64,000 nt of DNA, from the NCBI RefSeq assembly GCF_006345805.1, contig NC_043006.1:45694001-45758000 (forward strand). The letters are read 5' to 3'. Positions 63,191-64,000 of this stretch are shown here, piece after piece. Source of the stretch: Octopus sinensis (taxonomy: Eukaryota). Every line of letters begins with the position of its first letter. Positions within the stretch are counted from its first letter, which is position 1. A program made the translations under genes and the position numbers. The notes beneath the pieces were generated by a model. It was not told where the DNA came from. It saw only the letters and a list, made by a program, of their open reading frames with translations, and did no database searches.

Positions 63191-64000
63191 CTATATGGAG
63201 ATTTGACAAGAAAGACTTTATTAGTCAAGAATACACACAATTCTCTGATACCATAAGCAAAACAAAATGATAAACCTATCTTTCAATTGCCGAAAGTCAA
63301 ATTACGATTAGTCCTTCTGTGTAGCTTGTTTTCTATGAAAGAAAGATACCAATGTCAGTTTTGTAGTCAGCTCATAGACAAATATTGTGGATTAGAAAAG
63401 GACTTCATCATCATCATCATCATCACCACCATCACCATCATCATCATCATCATCATAATAATAATAATAATTATAATAATAGCCCCTTTGTTTTGTATGA
63501 TGGTGTGAATTGGGTGGTTTGATGGGATCCAGGGCTGCATCAAGCTCCAATGTTTTCTTTGGCATGATTTTTTTTTTTTTTACAGCTGGATGCCCTATCT
63601 AATGCTAACCACTTTACAGAATGTGCTAGATATTTTCATTTTCTTGTGCCGCCACTACTAACGAGGTTACTCAATCCATGGACATTAATTTGAAGGCTGC
63701 AAACAGAACAATTTTTAGACTAATTAAAGACAAGAAAATAAAAGGCTTTACCCAGAGGTGTTAGATGCAATGTGAAGATTAATTAAGAGGTGTATGCCTA
63801 TTTATACCAGGTAATAAATAAAAAGCCCTCAATCATATTGTAATCAAAATGGGAACATGCGATAAAATTTGTCATAAAAACTACTGATGTTATATTTTCT
63901 ATTAAATAGATCTTTCTGTGACATTCTCACTTTGAAATTGCTATTCTCTGTTTGAAACGGCACATGCTCTCTTAGATTTAGAAGTACTGTAATACTGCTA

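Overview
Animal (eukaryotic) genomic DNA: AT-rich, CpG-depleted and dense in microsatellites. The SINE families and the (TA)n/(CA)n/(ATCT)n/(CAT)n/(AAT)n load best fit a coleoid cephalopod, very likely Octopus (inferred from repeat content, not a database match). No host protein-coding gene can be confidently called, so the window looks like a very long intron or intergenic DNA. Much of it is interspersed repeat: several tRNA-headed SINE families (dozens of copies, nested, chimeric and dimeric), (GAT)n-tailed RTE-type retroposons and MITEs (TTAA/piggyBac-like, 8-bp-TSD hAT-like, TA/Tc2-like). There are also decayed transposase or RT fragments from mariner (2), pogo/Tigger, hAT-Charlie, an R4/Dong-like RLE LINE, RTE and Penelope-like elements. 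Most ORF-track entries are artefacts of microsatellites or SINE bodies. The most notable signals are: (1) a textbook recursive-splice/RS-exon-like site at 48.3 kb; (2) hammerhead-like relics and fold-back hairpins beside TA microsatellites, probably Penelope-derived; (3) SINE dimers with an identical microhomology junction; (4) a mariner built from two inverted 5' ends; (5) retroelements sitting in (AAT)n tracts; (6) a 27-bp templated insertion; (7) inverted SINE pairs able to form long dsRNA. Coordinates were counted by hand; SINE edges may be off by a few to tens of bases.
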